From assembly GCA_963667055.2 (NCBI GenBank), contig OY762956.1, positions 1,459,490 to 1,523,489 on the forward strand: DNA of 64,000 nucleotides. Reading direction: 5' to 3'. Both the position numbers and the translations under genes were made by a program. Of the stretch, positions 18,018 to 26,504 are shown one piece after another (within the stretch, counting starts at the first letter, position 1; each line of letters opens with the position of its first letter). Source of the DNA: Dehalococcoidia bacterium (GTDB lineage Bacteria > Chloroflexota > Dehalococcoidia > Lucifugimonadales > QGNO01). The notes under the pieces were generated by a model, which searched no databases, was not told the origin of the DNA, and worked only from the letters and a program-made list of their open reading frames with translations.

Positions 18018-18842
18018 ATGACTAACCACGACGAATCATCGACACCCGATTACACAATGGGCTTCAGCGAAGAGTTCCTTCAGGCTCTCAGGCGGTACAC
18101 CGCGGAGACCCACGCTGCGCACCTGCTTCCGCATCTCAAGCCCGGCCTTCGCCTTCTGGACTTCGGATGCGGGCTGGGAAACATATCCCTCGGCCTGGCC
18201 AGGGCGGTTGCGCCCGGTGAGATGCACGGCATAGACATGGAGGAGTCGCAGATTGAAATGGCCAGGTTAAATGCCCGGAACCAGGGATGCGACAACGCGG
18301 TGTTCCAGGTCGCCGACGTGCTGGAGATGCCATTCGAAGACGGCTTCTTCGACGTGGCCCACTGCCACAACGTCCTCATGCACGTTCCAGACACCGCCGC
18401 CGTGCTCGCCGAGGTGAAGCGCGTCCTCAAGCCCGGCGGCATCCTGTCCTGCCGTGAAATGATCGGCGCGTCCTGCTTCACTCAACCCGACTACGGGGTC
18501 ATCAGAAAGGCGTGGGATATGTTTGAAGACATGCTGGCCGCCGATGACGGGCATCCCCAGATGGGCAAGGAGATGAAGCAGCACGTGTTGAATGCCGGGT
18601 TCACGGACATCGGCATGGGAGGCTCTTTCGACTGCTACAGCACGCCTGAGGAGACTGCCTTCATCCATAACCTTGCTCAGATGTGGTTCCTCTCGCCGGA
18701 AATGGTGGAAGCGGCTATAAAATACGGCGCGACGACCCAGAAGCTGGTCGACGACATAGGCGCGGCCTACGAAAGGTGGAGGGACGACCCCGGAGCCTTA
18801 TGCTACGTGGCGCACGGGGAAGTCATAGCCTTCAAGCCGTAG
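18018..18842 (+). CDS. Class I SAM-dependent methyltransferase
   Basis: Motif I LLDFGCGLGNISLGLA, acidic loop GIDMEE, post-I DVAHCHNVLMHV, LKPGGILS. ATG at 18018 (MTNHDESS) is preferred over the upstream alternative start at 17892. Confidence 0.8.
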   Translation: MTNHDESSTPDYTMGFSEEFLQALRRYTAETHAAHLLPHLKPGLRLLDFGCGLGNISLGLARAVAPGEMHGIDMEESQIEMARLNARNQGCDNAVFQVADVLEMPFEDGFFDVAHCHNVLMHVPDTAAVLAEVKRVLKPGGILSCREMIGASCFTQPDYGVIRKAWDMFEDMLAADDGHPQMGKEMKQHVLNAGFTDIGMGGSFDCYSTPEETAFIHNLAQMWFLSPEMVEAAIKYGATTQKLVDDIGAAYERWRDDPGALCYVAHGEVIAFKP

Positions 18843-18878
18843 GCCTTGACGTTTCGGTGGTTCTAACGCAATGATTTT

Positions 18879-18904
18879 GTAGGGGCGGTTCGCGAACCCC
18901 CTAC
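18879..18904. repeat. REP-like palindrome (2-nt deletion in the right arm), left flank of the RAYT gene
   Basis: gtaggggcggttcgcgaaccccctac followed by gggtgtaatgcaATGa. The RAYT start codon sits in this extension. Confidence 0.8.
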
Positions 18905-18916
18905 GGGTGTAATGCA

Positions 18917-19495
18917 ATGAATCGCCAATATAATCCGTACATTCACCATCGCAGGTCCATCCGGCTGAAAGGGTACGATTATGCTCAATACGGGGCATAT
19001 TTCGTAACCGTCGTCACACAGCGTCGCACACTTCTATTCGGTGAGGTTACAGACGGCAAAATGCTGCTCAACGAAACCGGACAGTCGGTTGCAGACGCGT
19101 GGGAATGGCTGGCAACGCAGTACCCTTACGTGAAGTTGGATGAATACGTCGTCATGCCCAATCACATACACGGGATCATCTTTATAGATGGGGAGGGCGG
19201 TTCACGAACCGCCCCTACACAGCGCAAACCGTTAGGCCGTTTGGTGGCGGTGTTCAAGACCGTCAGCGCCAAGCGAATCAACCTTGTCCAGGGTACGCCC
19301 GGCCGGTTGCTGTGGCAGCGCAATTTCTATGAGCGCGTTATTCGCAATGATGAAGAGATGAATCGTGTTCGCGAGTACATATCCTTGAATCCGATGCAGT
19401 GGGAATTGGATGCGGAGAACCCAAACGCCTTCCCAACGATTGTAGGGTGGTGGTTGCATGTTACCCCCGCACCGTCGTTCATAAAACAATTGTAG
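18917..19495 (+). CDS. REP-associated tyrosine transposase (RAYT), IS200/IS605 Y1 HUH family
   Basis: HUH motif VMPNHIHGII and catalytic Tyr region LWQRNFYERVIRN. N-terminus YNPYIHHRRSIRLKGYDYAQYGAYFVTV is typical of RAYT-like proteins. The gene is flanked on both sides by the REP palindrome, and its stop TAG (19493-19495) lies inside the right REP. Confidence 0.8.
   Translation: MNRQYNPYIHHRRSIRLKGYDYAQYGAYFVTVVTQRRTLLFGEVTDGKMLLNETGQSVADAWEWLATQYPYVKLDEYVVMPNHIHGIIFIDGEGGSRTAPTQRKPLGRLVAVFKTVSAKRINLVQGTPGRLLWQRNFYERVIRNDEEMNRVREYISLNPMQWELDAENPNAFPTIVGWWLHVTPAPSFIKQL
19191..19218. repeat. REP-like palindrome embedded inside the RAYT coding sequence
   Basis: gggagggcggttcacgaaccgcccctac (4 mismatches to consensus) encodes ..GEGGSRTAPT.. 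between the HUH and Tyr motifs. Confidence 0.7.
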
Positions 19496-19519
19496 GGGCG
19501 GTTCGCGAACCGCCCCTAC
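19492..19519. repeat. REP palindrome, perfect copy, right flank of the RAYT gene
   Basis: gtaggggcggttcgcgaaccgcccctac followed by ggctgtaatgcaataa. This is the same 16-nt extension as at the left flank, in direct orientation. Confidence 0.9.
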
Positions 19520-19539
19520 GGCTGTAATGCAATAAACGG

Positions 19540-20022
19540 CTACGCGCTCTCAATCGCTTCGTAGTTGGCCATCAGCCGCTGCGCGATAGAGGCGAAGGAG
19601 CGCAGTTCCCGCTTGTTGAGGCCCTTGGTCAGCTTGTCGTAGAAGCTTTGCAGCTTGGCATTGATCTCGGTGAGCTTCTTCTGCCCCTGCGGAGTCAGCC
19701 GAAGCATCACTATGCGGCGGTCGTTGCGCAAGCGGCGCCGGCGCAGCACACCCATGTCGGCCAGGCCGGTCACCAACCGGCTGACCCGTGAGGCGTCCAC
19801 CGGCAGCAGCTGCGCTATCTGGTAGGCGGGGCACTCGCCCCTCTCCTCGCAGATCATCATCAACTGCACTTCCAACGGCGTCAGGTCGAAAGGCGCGGTC
19901 TCCTCCATGATGCCCTTGTAGACCATGTTGGACAGCGCGGAGACGTACCGCCCCATGTCGGGCTGGTCGTTATCCGCGCCCCGGCGCTCTCCATTTCCTT
20001 GCTGGTTCGCACCCGTTGTCAT
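19540..20022 (-). CDS. MarR family transcriptional regulator
   Basis: Winged-helix core LTPLEVQLMMICEERGECPAYQIAQLLPVDASRVSRLVTGLADMGVLRRRRLRNDRRIVMLRLTPQGQKK. Confidence 0.85.
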   Translation of the reverse strand: MTTGANQQGNGERRGADNDQPDMGRYVSALSNMVYKGIMEETAPFDLTPLEVQLMMICEERGECPAYQIAQLLPVDASRVSRLVTGLADMGVLRRRRLRNDRRIVMLRLTPQGQKKLTEINAKLQSFYDKLTKGLNKRELRSFASIAQRLMANYEAIESA

Positions 20023-20075
20023 TGAGCCTCACCGCTGGCAAGTTGCCGGAAATTTCCCATGAATCCTCTTTTTTG

Positions 20076-20092
20076 CCCCCCCCCCCCCCCCC
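20076..20092. repeat. Homopolymeric C17 (G17 on the marR strand) tract
   Basis: 17 consecutive C counted directly, 54 nt upstream of the marR start codon (20022). Confidence 0.95.
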
Positions 20093-20324
20093 GCGCTTTT
20101 TCCTGCTTCCTCTAATGGGGGAGTCATACATTGTTCGGCAAAACCGTTGCTGCTGGCAATCACTACCTTACTATGCATACGCATTATAAACTGTTTCCTC
20201 TGGAAAGCCGTCGGGAGCCGCCCCGGCACTCTCAATATCCGTGGCGTTGGCGGCATTATATACTGCTGTGCTTAATTCCACAAGCGTTTCCCTGCGCTGA
20301 ATTGCGGCGTTCCTCCGCCGTTTT

Positions 20325-20350
20325 GTAGGCGGTTCGCGAACCGCCCCTAC
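20325..20350. repeat. REP-like palindrome (2-nt deletion in the left arm)
   Basis: gtaggcggttcgcgaaccgcccctac. Confidence 0.8.
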
Positions 20351-20366
20351 GGACGCCTCGTGATAA

Positions 20367-20525
20367 GGAGCGCCGTCCGCCTTTAACTTGGCAAGAGCCC
20401 ATGACCTTTCCTTCTACGACGCCCTCTATCTGGAACCGGCCAAGAGGGAGAGCGCAGAGCTCGCAACGTTGGACGGGGCGCTCGGTCAAGCTGCCGTCGC
20501 CGAAGGTGTGCCGGCAGGCGACTAG
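20367..20525 (+). pseudogene. C-terminal remnant (~50 aa) of a PIN-domain VapC toxin
   Basis: The frame reads GAPSAFNLARAHDLSFYDALYLEPAKRESAELATLDGALGQAAVAEGVPAGD*. The ..FYDA.YLE.A...(a)(p)LATLD..L..AA motif is the conserved PIN C-terminal half. The frame is closed by TGA TAA at 20361-20366, directly after the REP copy, and there is no N-terminal half. Confidence 0.5.
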
Positions 20526-20700
20526 CCGGCGTCGAACTGCTCCGGCGCCCTGGCAAACTCGGCCGATGCAAGCAGGCGCAGGTTGCGGATTTCTACGGAA
20601 ACATTGCGCACAGTCCACTTGCGCCCGTATTTCGTGATACTATACGTAGTCCAAAACCATAGACCCCAGGCGCTTCAAGCGTCGCGGGCAGGTACGCATC

Positions 20701-21708
20701 GTGCAAAAAGTAACCGGGGGCAGCATGACAGACGTTAGGCAAGAGGAAGCTCAGACTGGCTTAGTCGCCGAGCGCATCATCGAGAACATCAACAGGGTGA
20801 TCATCGGCAAGGACGATGCCATCAGGCTGGGCGTCATTGCGCTGATGAGCAGAGGGCACGTGCTCATAGAGGACGTGCCCGGCGTGGGCAAGACGATGCT
20901 TGCCAAGAGCCTGTCCCGTTCCACAGGCTGCTCCTTCAGCAGGGTGCAGTTCACCCCCGACCTGCTGCCCAGCGACATCACGGGCGTGTCCGTCTACAAC
21001 CAGAAGACGGGCGGCTTCGAGTTTCGGCCAGGGCCAATCATTGCCCAGGTTGTGCTGGCCGACGAGATAAACCGGGCCACTCCCAAGACCCAGTCCGCGT
21101 TGCTGGAGGCAATGGAGGAGAACCAGATCACCGTGGAGGGCGTCACTCATCCGCTGCCGCAGCCCTTCATGATAATGGCCACGCAGAACCCCATTGAGTA
21201 CGAAGGCACCTTCCCCCTGCCGGAAGCCCAGCTCGACCGTTTCCTGATGCGCATTCACCTTGGCTATCCGAGCTTCGATGACGAAGTGTCCATAATGGAC
21301 GGACAGCAGCTTACCCACCCATTCGATGAGCTTGAGTCCGTGGCGAGCCCGGAAGAGGTGCTCGCTCTGCAAGGGAAGGCTCGCGAAGTATATGTCGATC
21401 CTCTGGTCAAGCAGTACATAGTGACGCTGGCGGATACCACCAGAGGTCACCGCGACGTGGCGCTCGGCGCTTCACCCAGGGCTTCGCTGGCATTGCAGAG
21501 GACGTCTCAGGCCCTGGCTTTGCTCCGCAACCGCGACTACGTCCTCCCCGACGACGTGAAAGAGCTGGCCGAGTCGGTCTTTGCCCACAGGCTGGTGCTC
21601 ACCGCCTCTTCAAGAATGCAGGGCGTGGATGGCCGGCGTCTCATACAACAGATTCTGGACAGCACGGAAGTGCCGGGCACGCGGATCAGCGGACGGGCCG
21701 CGGAGTAA
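20701..21708 (+). CDS. MoxR-like AAA+ ATPase
   Basis: Walker [27 protein letters not shown], Walker [48 protein letters not shown]. The start could instead be ATG 20725. Confidence 0.88.
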   Translation: MQKVTGGSMTDVRQEEAQTGLVAERIIENINRVIIGKDDAIRLGVIALMSRGHVLIEDVPGVGKTMLAKSLSRSTGCSFSRVQFTPDLLPSDITGVSVYNQKTGGFEFRPGPIIAQVVLADEINRATPKTQSALLEAMEENQITVEGVTHPLPQPFMIMATQNPIEYEGTFPLPEAQLDRFLMRIHLGYPSFDDEVSIMDGQQLTHPFDELESVASPEEVLALQGKAREVYVDPLVKQYIVTLADTTRGHRDVALGASPRASLALQRTSQALALLRNRDYVLPDDVKELAESVFAHRLVLTASSRMQGVDGRRLIQQILDSTEVPGTRISGRAAE

Positions 21709-22211
21709 TGGCCGGCCCCTGCCGCTTCGACGTATTCCCCACTTCGCTGGGCTGGATGGCGGCGCTCGCCTCTGATAGGGGCATACGAAGGCTTGTCCTG
21801 CCCAGGCCCTCCGGAGACCAGGCCATGCGAGAGCTAAGCCTCCCGACTTCCCACGCCGAGCCCACGCCAGCCCGGTTCGAAAGCCTGCGTCGCCGCTTGG
21901 AAGCCTACTTCTCAGGGGCCAACGTGGATTTTGAAGATGACCTCGACCTGGAAGGAGCCTCCGATTTCATGGTCAAGGCCTGGGAAGCGTGCCGCTCCAT
22001 CCCCAAAGGCGAAGTGAGGACCTACAACTGGCTGGCGGAGCAGGCGGGCAATCGCAGGGCGGCGCGAGCCGCCGGCCTCGCCATGTCCCGCAATCGAGTG
22101 CCCATAATCATCCCCTGCCACCGCGTCATTGGCAGCGACGGCTCATTGCACGGCTACGCCGGAGGCCTGCCGCTGAAGCAGCGGTTGCTGGAGATAGAGG
22201 GCGCGCTGTGA
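21708..22211 (+). CDS. ogt: Methylated-DNA--protein-cysteine methyltransferase
   Basis: Active site IIIPCHRVIGSDGSLHGYAGGL. The start overlaps the moxR stop (TAATG). Confidence 0.88.
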   Translation: MAGPCRFDVFPTSLGWMAALASDRGIRRLVLPRPSGDQAMRELSLPTSHAEPTPARFESLRRRLEAYFSGANVDFEDDLDLEGASDFMVKAWEACRSIPKGEVRTYNWLAEQAGNRRAARAAGLAMSRNRVPIIIPCHRVIGSDGSLHGYAGGLPLKQRLLEIEGAL

Positions 22212-22234
22212 GGCGATTCGCGAACCGCCACTAC
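22208..22234. repeat. REP-like palindrome, degenerate copy overlapping the ogt stop codon
   Basis: gtgaggcgattcgcgaaccgccactac. Confidence 0.6.
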
Positions 22235-22249
22235 ATCGTTTGGTAAAAA

Positions 22250-22290
22250 CCTCTTCCCCCTTGATGGGGGAAGATTGAGATGGGGGTGAG
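22250..22290 (+). repeat. Dispersed hairpin repeat, family 2 (CTTCCCCCTTGATGGGGGAAG + ATTGAGATGGGGGTGA)
   Basis: cctcttcccccttgatgggggaagattgagatgggggtgag. Related copies at 45279, 45339 (inverted) and 47436. Confidence 0.8.
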
Positions 22291-22358
22291 CCGGATGGAA
22301 GACTCCCCGCCGCCGGATTGCTTCGCTGCGCTCGCAAGGGCGAAAGGCGGAAGGCCGC

Positions 22359-22592
22359 CTACTTGAGCGCTTCAGGCCCTAGCTGCTCCTCCAGAAACCT
22401 GGCTGCTTCTTCAAGAGCCGCCGCGTCTACCAGTATCCTGGTCGGTCCCGCGAAGACCCCCAGGTAGGAGGCCGTATCTCCGGCGCGCACCATGGCGGGT
22501 ATTCCCTCGTTGTTCAGCAGACCCCTCCACATCTCAGCCGTTAGCTGATCGGGAGCCGTGGTCAGATAGACCCATTTGATCTTATCGGGCAT
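22359..22592 (-). CDS. Small DUF2007-like protein (putative signal-transducing fold)
   Basis: 77 aa, WVYLTTAPDQLTAEMWRGLLNNEGIPAMV...ILVDAAALEEAARFLEE. It lies immediately downstream of dnaE on the same strand. Assignment is by remembered family pattern only. Confidence 0.5.
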   Translation of the reverse strand: MPDKIKWVYLTTAPDQLTAEMWRGLLNNEGIPAMVRAGDTASYLGVFAGPTRILVDAAALEEAARFLEEQLGPEALK

Positions 22593-22597
22593 GGCTA

Positions 22598-25500
22598 TCA
22601 GATGAGACGCGTGCGCCCCGGCCCCAGCAGAGCATTCAGCTTCCCTTCCAGGTCTGGACAGAACTTGGTGGTTATCATTGGCATTTCAAGGCGCACGCGA
22701 TTGCTGTTTGAGGTTATGTCCAGGTAGACAAGGTCTGTTCCCTTGTATTCCAGCAGCAGTTCCATGGCCGACTTCAGCAGATACGCATCATCCGAGGCAT
22801 TCCCCGTATCGGTCAGATTGAGCAGGACGGCTTTCCTCTTTGCATCGCCGTTCGCAGCGCTGCCGTTGCTGTTTTCGCTGAGACCGTTGGAGCCGTTTCG
22901 ACCGTTGCTTCCCGGCACAACCTTGTCCAGCGGAGTGGTCTCTTCATAGCCGTCGGTTTCTACTGGGGAGACTTCCTGCTCTACGACGGGCTCGATGGCT
23001 TCCGCCGTTGCAGCCGGTTCAGGCTCCGCAGCAGGTTCGGGTTCTGCTTCGTGTTGAGAGAAATCCTCGCCCTGCGGATTGAACACCCCGGCCTTGGCGA
23101 CCCGCACGGAAAGCTTGCCGTCGCTATTGCGAAGTTTGCCCTCCACGGTTACCAACGTTCCCTCTACCCAAAGGTCCGAGGTCTCTTGGTAGACGTTGTC
23201 CCAGACAAAAAGCTCAACATTGCCTCCCAGCAACTCAAGGGTTGCTATCCAAAACGGCTTGCCGTTTTTGCCCGTGCGGCTGGTTGCGTAGGCCACCTGG
23301 CCGACAAGTCCCACGGTGGAGCCGTCGGGCTTCTCTTCCAATTCGTTACGGAAGGCTATGGCGGCGGTCTTGGGCCCGAAGGCCACGCTGTGCAGAGGGT
23401 TGTTGGAGATTCTCTTGCCCAGAAGCTCCCTCTCCCATTCCGAGCGCTCCCTGACAGTGGTCTCGTCGCCCTGGACAAGCTCCACCGCGCTGGTCGGCGC
23501 TTCCACGGACTGCCCGAACAGGTCGAACATATTGGTCTGCCCCGATTCCCTGCGCCGCCTCTCCTGCTGCGCCACGTTGAGGATCCGCTCCACGCTGGCC
23601 AGCAGCGACCCCCTTGGCCCGAAGTCGTCCAGCGCGCCCACTTTGATCAGGCTTTCCAGCGCGCGGCGATTCGTGGAGTCCAGGTCGGCGTTGCGGCAGA
23701 ACTCCTCCAGGGTCTGGAACGAACCGTGCTCCTCCCTGGAACTGACCAAGGCCTCCATGGCTCCCGAACCCACGTGCTTCACCGCTCCCAGCCCAAACCT
23801 GATTGCCCTCTTGCCGGATGAGTCCGTGTCCACGGTGAACCGCACCCCGCTGCGGTTTATGTCCGGCCTGAGCGCCGGTATGCGAAGCCTGGTGCACTCG
23901 TCCACGTCTATGGCTATGCGTTCGTGCTGTCCGGCGTGGGAGTTGAGCAACGCCGCCATGTACTCCACTGGATAGTTCGCCTTGAAATACGCCGTCCAGT
24001 AGGCAATGACGGCGTAGCTGACGCTGTGAGCCTTGTTGAAGGCGTACCCGGCGAACGGTTCGATCAGTGCAAACACCTGTTCCGCCAGTTCCTTCTCGTA
24101 GCCCTGGTTCAAAGCCCCTTCGATGAACTTGTCGCGTTCCTGCTGCATAATCTCAGGTATCTTCTTCCCCATCGCCTTGCGGACTATATCCGCCTCGCCC
24201 AGGCTGTATCCGGCCATGGCCTGGGCAATGAGGAGCACCTGGTCCTGGTAGACAATGATCCCGTAGGTCTCCTCCAGGATTTCTTTCAGCATTGGATGCA
24301 GGTATTCGGCCTCTCGCTGACCGTGCTTCGACTGGATGAACGAGTCTATGTGGTCCATGGGGCCCGGGCGGTAGAGCGCTATCATGGCGGCGACGTCAAG
24401 CAGGGAGGAGGGTTTCAGGTCTTTGATGTAGCGGCGCATACCGGCGCCTTCAAGCTGGAACAGCCCCGTGGTCTCGCCGGAAGAGAGGAGGGCAAAGGTC
24501 TTTGCGTCGTCGAAGGGCACTTTGCCCAGGTCCACCTGCTCGCCGGTATGCTCCTTGATGATGCCTATGGCCCTGTCCAGTATGGAAAGGTTGGTCAGGC
24601 CCAGGAAGTCCATTTTGAGCAGGCCCAGTTGGGCAATGGGATCCATGGAGAACTGGGTCATTGCCACGTCGTCGTCGGTGCCTTTGATGGGCCTCTGCAA
24701 CGGCACGTATTCGGCCAGCGGCTCCTTGGATATGACCACCCCGGCGGCGTGCGTGCTCGAGTGCCTCACCACGCCCTCCAGCCTTGCCGCGTTCTCTATA
24801 AGGTTGTGCAGCGTATCATCGTTGTCGTAGGCATCCTTAAGGTTCGGCTCCATCTCCATGGCCTCGCTGAGGGAACGCGCCCTGTACGGCACCAGCCGGG
24901 CTACCTGGTCGACGTCCGCGTAGGCCATGCCGAGGGCGCGGCCCGTGTCGCGAAGAGCCGCCTTGGGGCCCAACGTGCCGAAGGTGATGATCTGGGCAAC
25001 GTGGTCGTGGCCGTACTTGTCCTTGACGTATTGCAGCACCTCGTCGCGCCGGTCGTCCTGGAAGTCCATGTCTATGTCCGGCATCTCCTTGCGTTCCAGG
25101 TTGAGGAACCGCTCGAATACCAGGTGGTAGGCCAGCGGGTCTATGTCGGTGACCCCCGTTACGTAGAGGACAAGGCTGGCCGCCGCGCTGCCGCGCACGC
25201 CAAGGAGGATGCCGTTTTCATGGGCGAATCTGGCAATGTCCCAAACCACAAGGAAGTAGTTGGGAAACTGCGTCTTCTTGATAACGTCCAACTCATAGTT
25301 CAGCCGTTGCTCATATTCCTGGTCGGCTTGGGGAACGCGCTTTTCCAACCCTTCCCGGCACAGCTTCACCAGGTACTCCTCCGCCGTCAGCCCGTCGGGA
25401 GGCGTATACTCCGGCAGGTGGAGCGACGAAAAGTCCATTTCAACGTTGCACTGCTCCGCGACGACCCTTGTGTTGCTGTATGCCTCGGGATGGTCGAGGA

Positions 25501-26257
25501 ACAACGACGCCATCTCCTCCGAAGAGCGCAGGTAGAAAGAGTCGTCATCCATTTTCAGGCGCTTTTCATCGTTGATGTTGGTGTTGGTGTGTATGCAGAT
25601 GAGCAGGTCCTGGATGGGCGCGTCTTCCCGGAGGGTGTAGTGGCTGTCGTTGGTCAGTATCAGGGGTATCCCGGTCTCCTCCGACAGAGAAATCAGCGCC
25701 CGGTTCGCCTCGTCCAGATGGGGGATGTGCTCGTGAGACTGTAGCTCCAGGTAATACCCGTCGAAGGTCCTGTTGTGCCAGGCGGCCGCTTCTTTTGCCT
25801 CGTCGATGCGGCCCTGGATCAGCAGTTGGGGCACCTCCGCGGAGGGACAGCCGGAAAGAGCTATGATGCCCTGGCCGTATTCCTCCAGCAGCTCTTTATC
25901 CACTCTCGGTTTGTAGTAGAACCCTTCCAGGTGCGCTTTGCTCACCAGTTGAATCAGGTTGCGGTACCCGGTGTTGTTCTTGGCGAGCAGGGTCAGATGA
26001 TACGGGCTTTTGTCTCCGGGCCCCTTGGAGCGGCGGCTGCCGGCGGCCACGTACACCTCGCAGCCGATTATTGGCTTGATCCCCGCGTTGATGCACTCCG
26101 AATAGAACTCCACCGCGCCGTATAGCCCGCCGTGGTCGGTTATCGCCAGGCTGTCCATGCCCAGTTCCTTGGCGTGCTGCACAAGGCTCGGTATCCGGCT
26201 CAGGCCGTCCAGCATGCTGTATTCGGTATGGACGTGAAGATGAACGAACGGTTCCAT
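22598..26257 (-). CDS. dnaE: DNA polymerase III alpha subunit
   Basis: PHP domain FVHLHVHTEYSMLDGL...AITDHGGLYG, a polymerase core, HhH, and an OB fold (VGLVGQVAYATSRTGKNGKPFWIATLEL). An acidic/Pro-rich linker and a ~90-aa terminal domain follow. 1,219 aa. Confidence 0.95.
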   Translation of the reverse strand: MEPFVHLHVHTEYSMLDGLSRIPSLVQHAKELGMDSLAITDHGGLYGAVEFYSECINAGIKPIIGCEVYVAAGSRRSKGPGDKSPYHLTLLAKNNTGYRNLIQLVSKAHLEGFYYKPRVDKELLEEYGQGIIALSGCPSAEVPQLLIQGRIDEAKEAAAWHNRTFDGYYLELQSHEHIPHLDEANRALISLSEETGIPLILTNDSHYTLREDAPIQDLLICIHTNTNINDEKRLKMDDDSFYLRSSEEMASLFLDHPEAYSNTRVVAEQCNVEMDFSSLHLPEYTPPDGLTAEEYLVKLCREGLEKRVPQADQEYEQRLNYELDVIKKTQFPNYFLVVWDIARFAHENGILLGVRGSAAASLVLYVTGVTDIDPLAYHLVFERFLNLERKEMPDIDMDFQDDRRDEVLQYVKDKYGHDHVAQIITFGTLGPKAALRDTGRALGMAYADVDQVARLVPYRARSLSEAMEMEPNLKDAYDNDDTLHNLIENAARLEGVVRHSSTHAAGVVISKEPLAEYVPLQRPIKGTDDDVAMTQFSMDPIAQLGLLKMDFLGLTNLSILDRAIGIIKEHTGEQVDLGKVPFDDAKTFALLSSGETTGLFQLEGAGMRRYIKDLKPSSLLDVAAMIALYRPGPMDHIDSFIQSKHGQREAEYLHPMLKEILEETYGIIVYQDQVLLIAQAMAGYSLGEADIVRKAMGKKIPEIMQQERDKFIEGALNQGYEKELAEQVFALIEPFAGYAFNKAHSVSYAVIAYWTAYFKANYPVEYMAALLNSHAGQHERIAIDVDECTRLRIPALRPDINRSGVRFTVDTDSSGKRAIRFGLGAVKHVGSGAMEALVSSREEHGSFQTLEEFCRNADLDSTNRRALESLIKVGALDDFGPRGSLLASVERILNVAQQERRRRESGQTNMFDLFGQSVEAPTSAVELVQGDETTVRERSEWERELLGKRISNNPLHSVAFGPKTAAIAFRNELEEKPDGSTVGLVGQVAYATSRTGKNGKPFWIATLELLGGNVELFVWDNVYQETSDLWVEGTLVTVEGKLRNSDGKLSVRVAKAGVFNPQGEDFSQHEAEPEPAAEPEPAATAEAIEPVVEQEVSPVETDGYEETTPLDKVVPGSNGRNGSNGLSENSNGSAANGDAKRKAVLLNLTDTGNASDDAYLLKSAMELLLEYKGTDLVYLDITSNSNRVRLEMPMITTKFCPDLEGKLNALLGPGRTRLI

Positions 26258-26504
26258 GGCTTCTCTATTTTGCCCGCTCTACTGGGCTCCTAACAAGAAG
26301 CAAAAAGGACAGATTTCGGATGCCTTCAAGAGCGGTCTGACAATGAGTCTTTTTCAAAAATGGCGCCAGATATTGAGCTAGGAGGAAAGTATAACACTTC
26401 ATGTTGAGGTTTTTATCCAAATAAACCGAATATTGTTAGTTAATCTGTAGAATGCTAGGCTTTAACCATCACTCATAGGACGCAATCTGAGTCAGGAAAC
26501 GGCT

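Noticed and set aside
20256-20637. ORFs 20256-20618 (minus strand, 120 aa) and 20401-20637 (plus strand, 78 aa).
   Set aside because: Arg/Cys/Gly-rich translations overlapping the REP copy and the VapC stump frame. No motifs and no ribosome-binding sites.
23051-25744. Plus-strand ORFs of up to 606 aa antisense to dnaE.
   Set aside because: They are antisense to a gene with unambiguous Pol III alpha motifs. The translations are compositionally biased and motif-free.
26258-26504. The AT-rich 247-nt dnaE/SDR divergent intergenic region as a possible ncRNA or mobile-element scar.
   Set aside because: I could find no repeats, hairpins or conserved RNA motifs. Divergent promoters in an AT-rich spacer are the simplest explanation.
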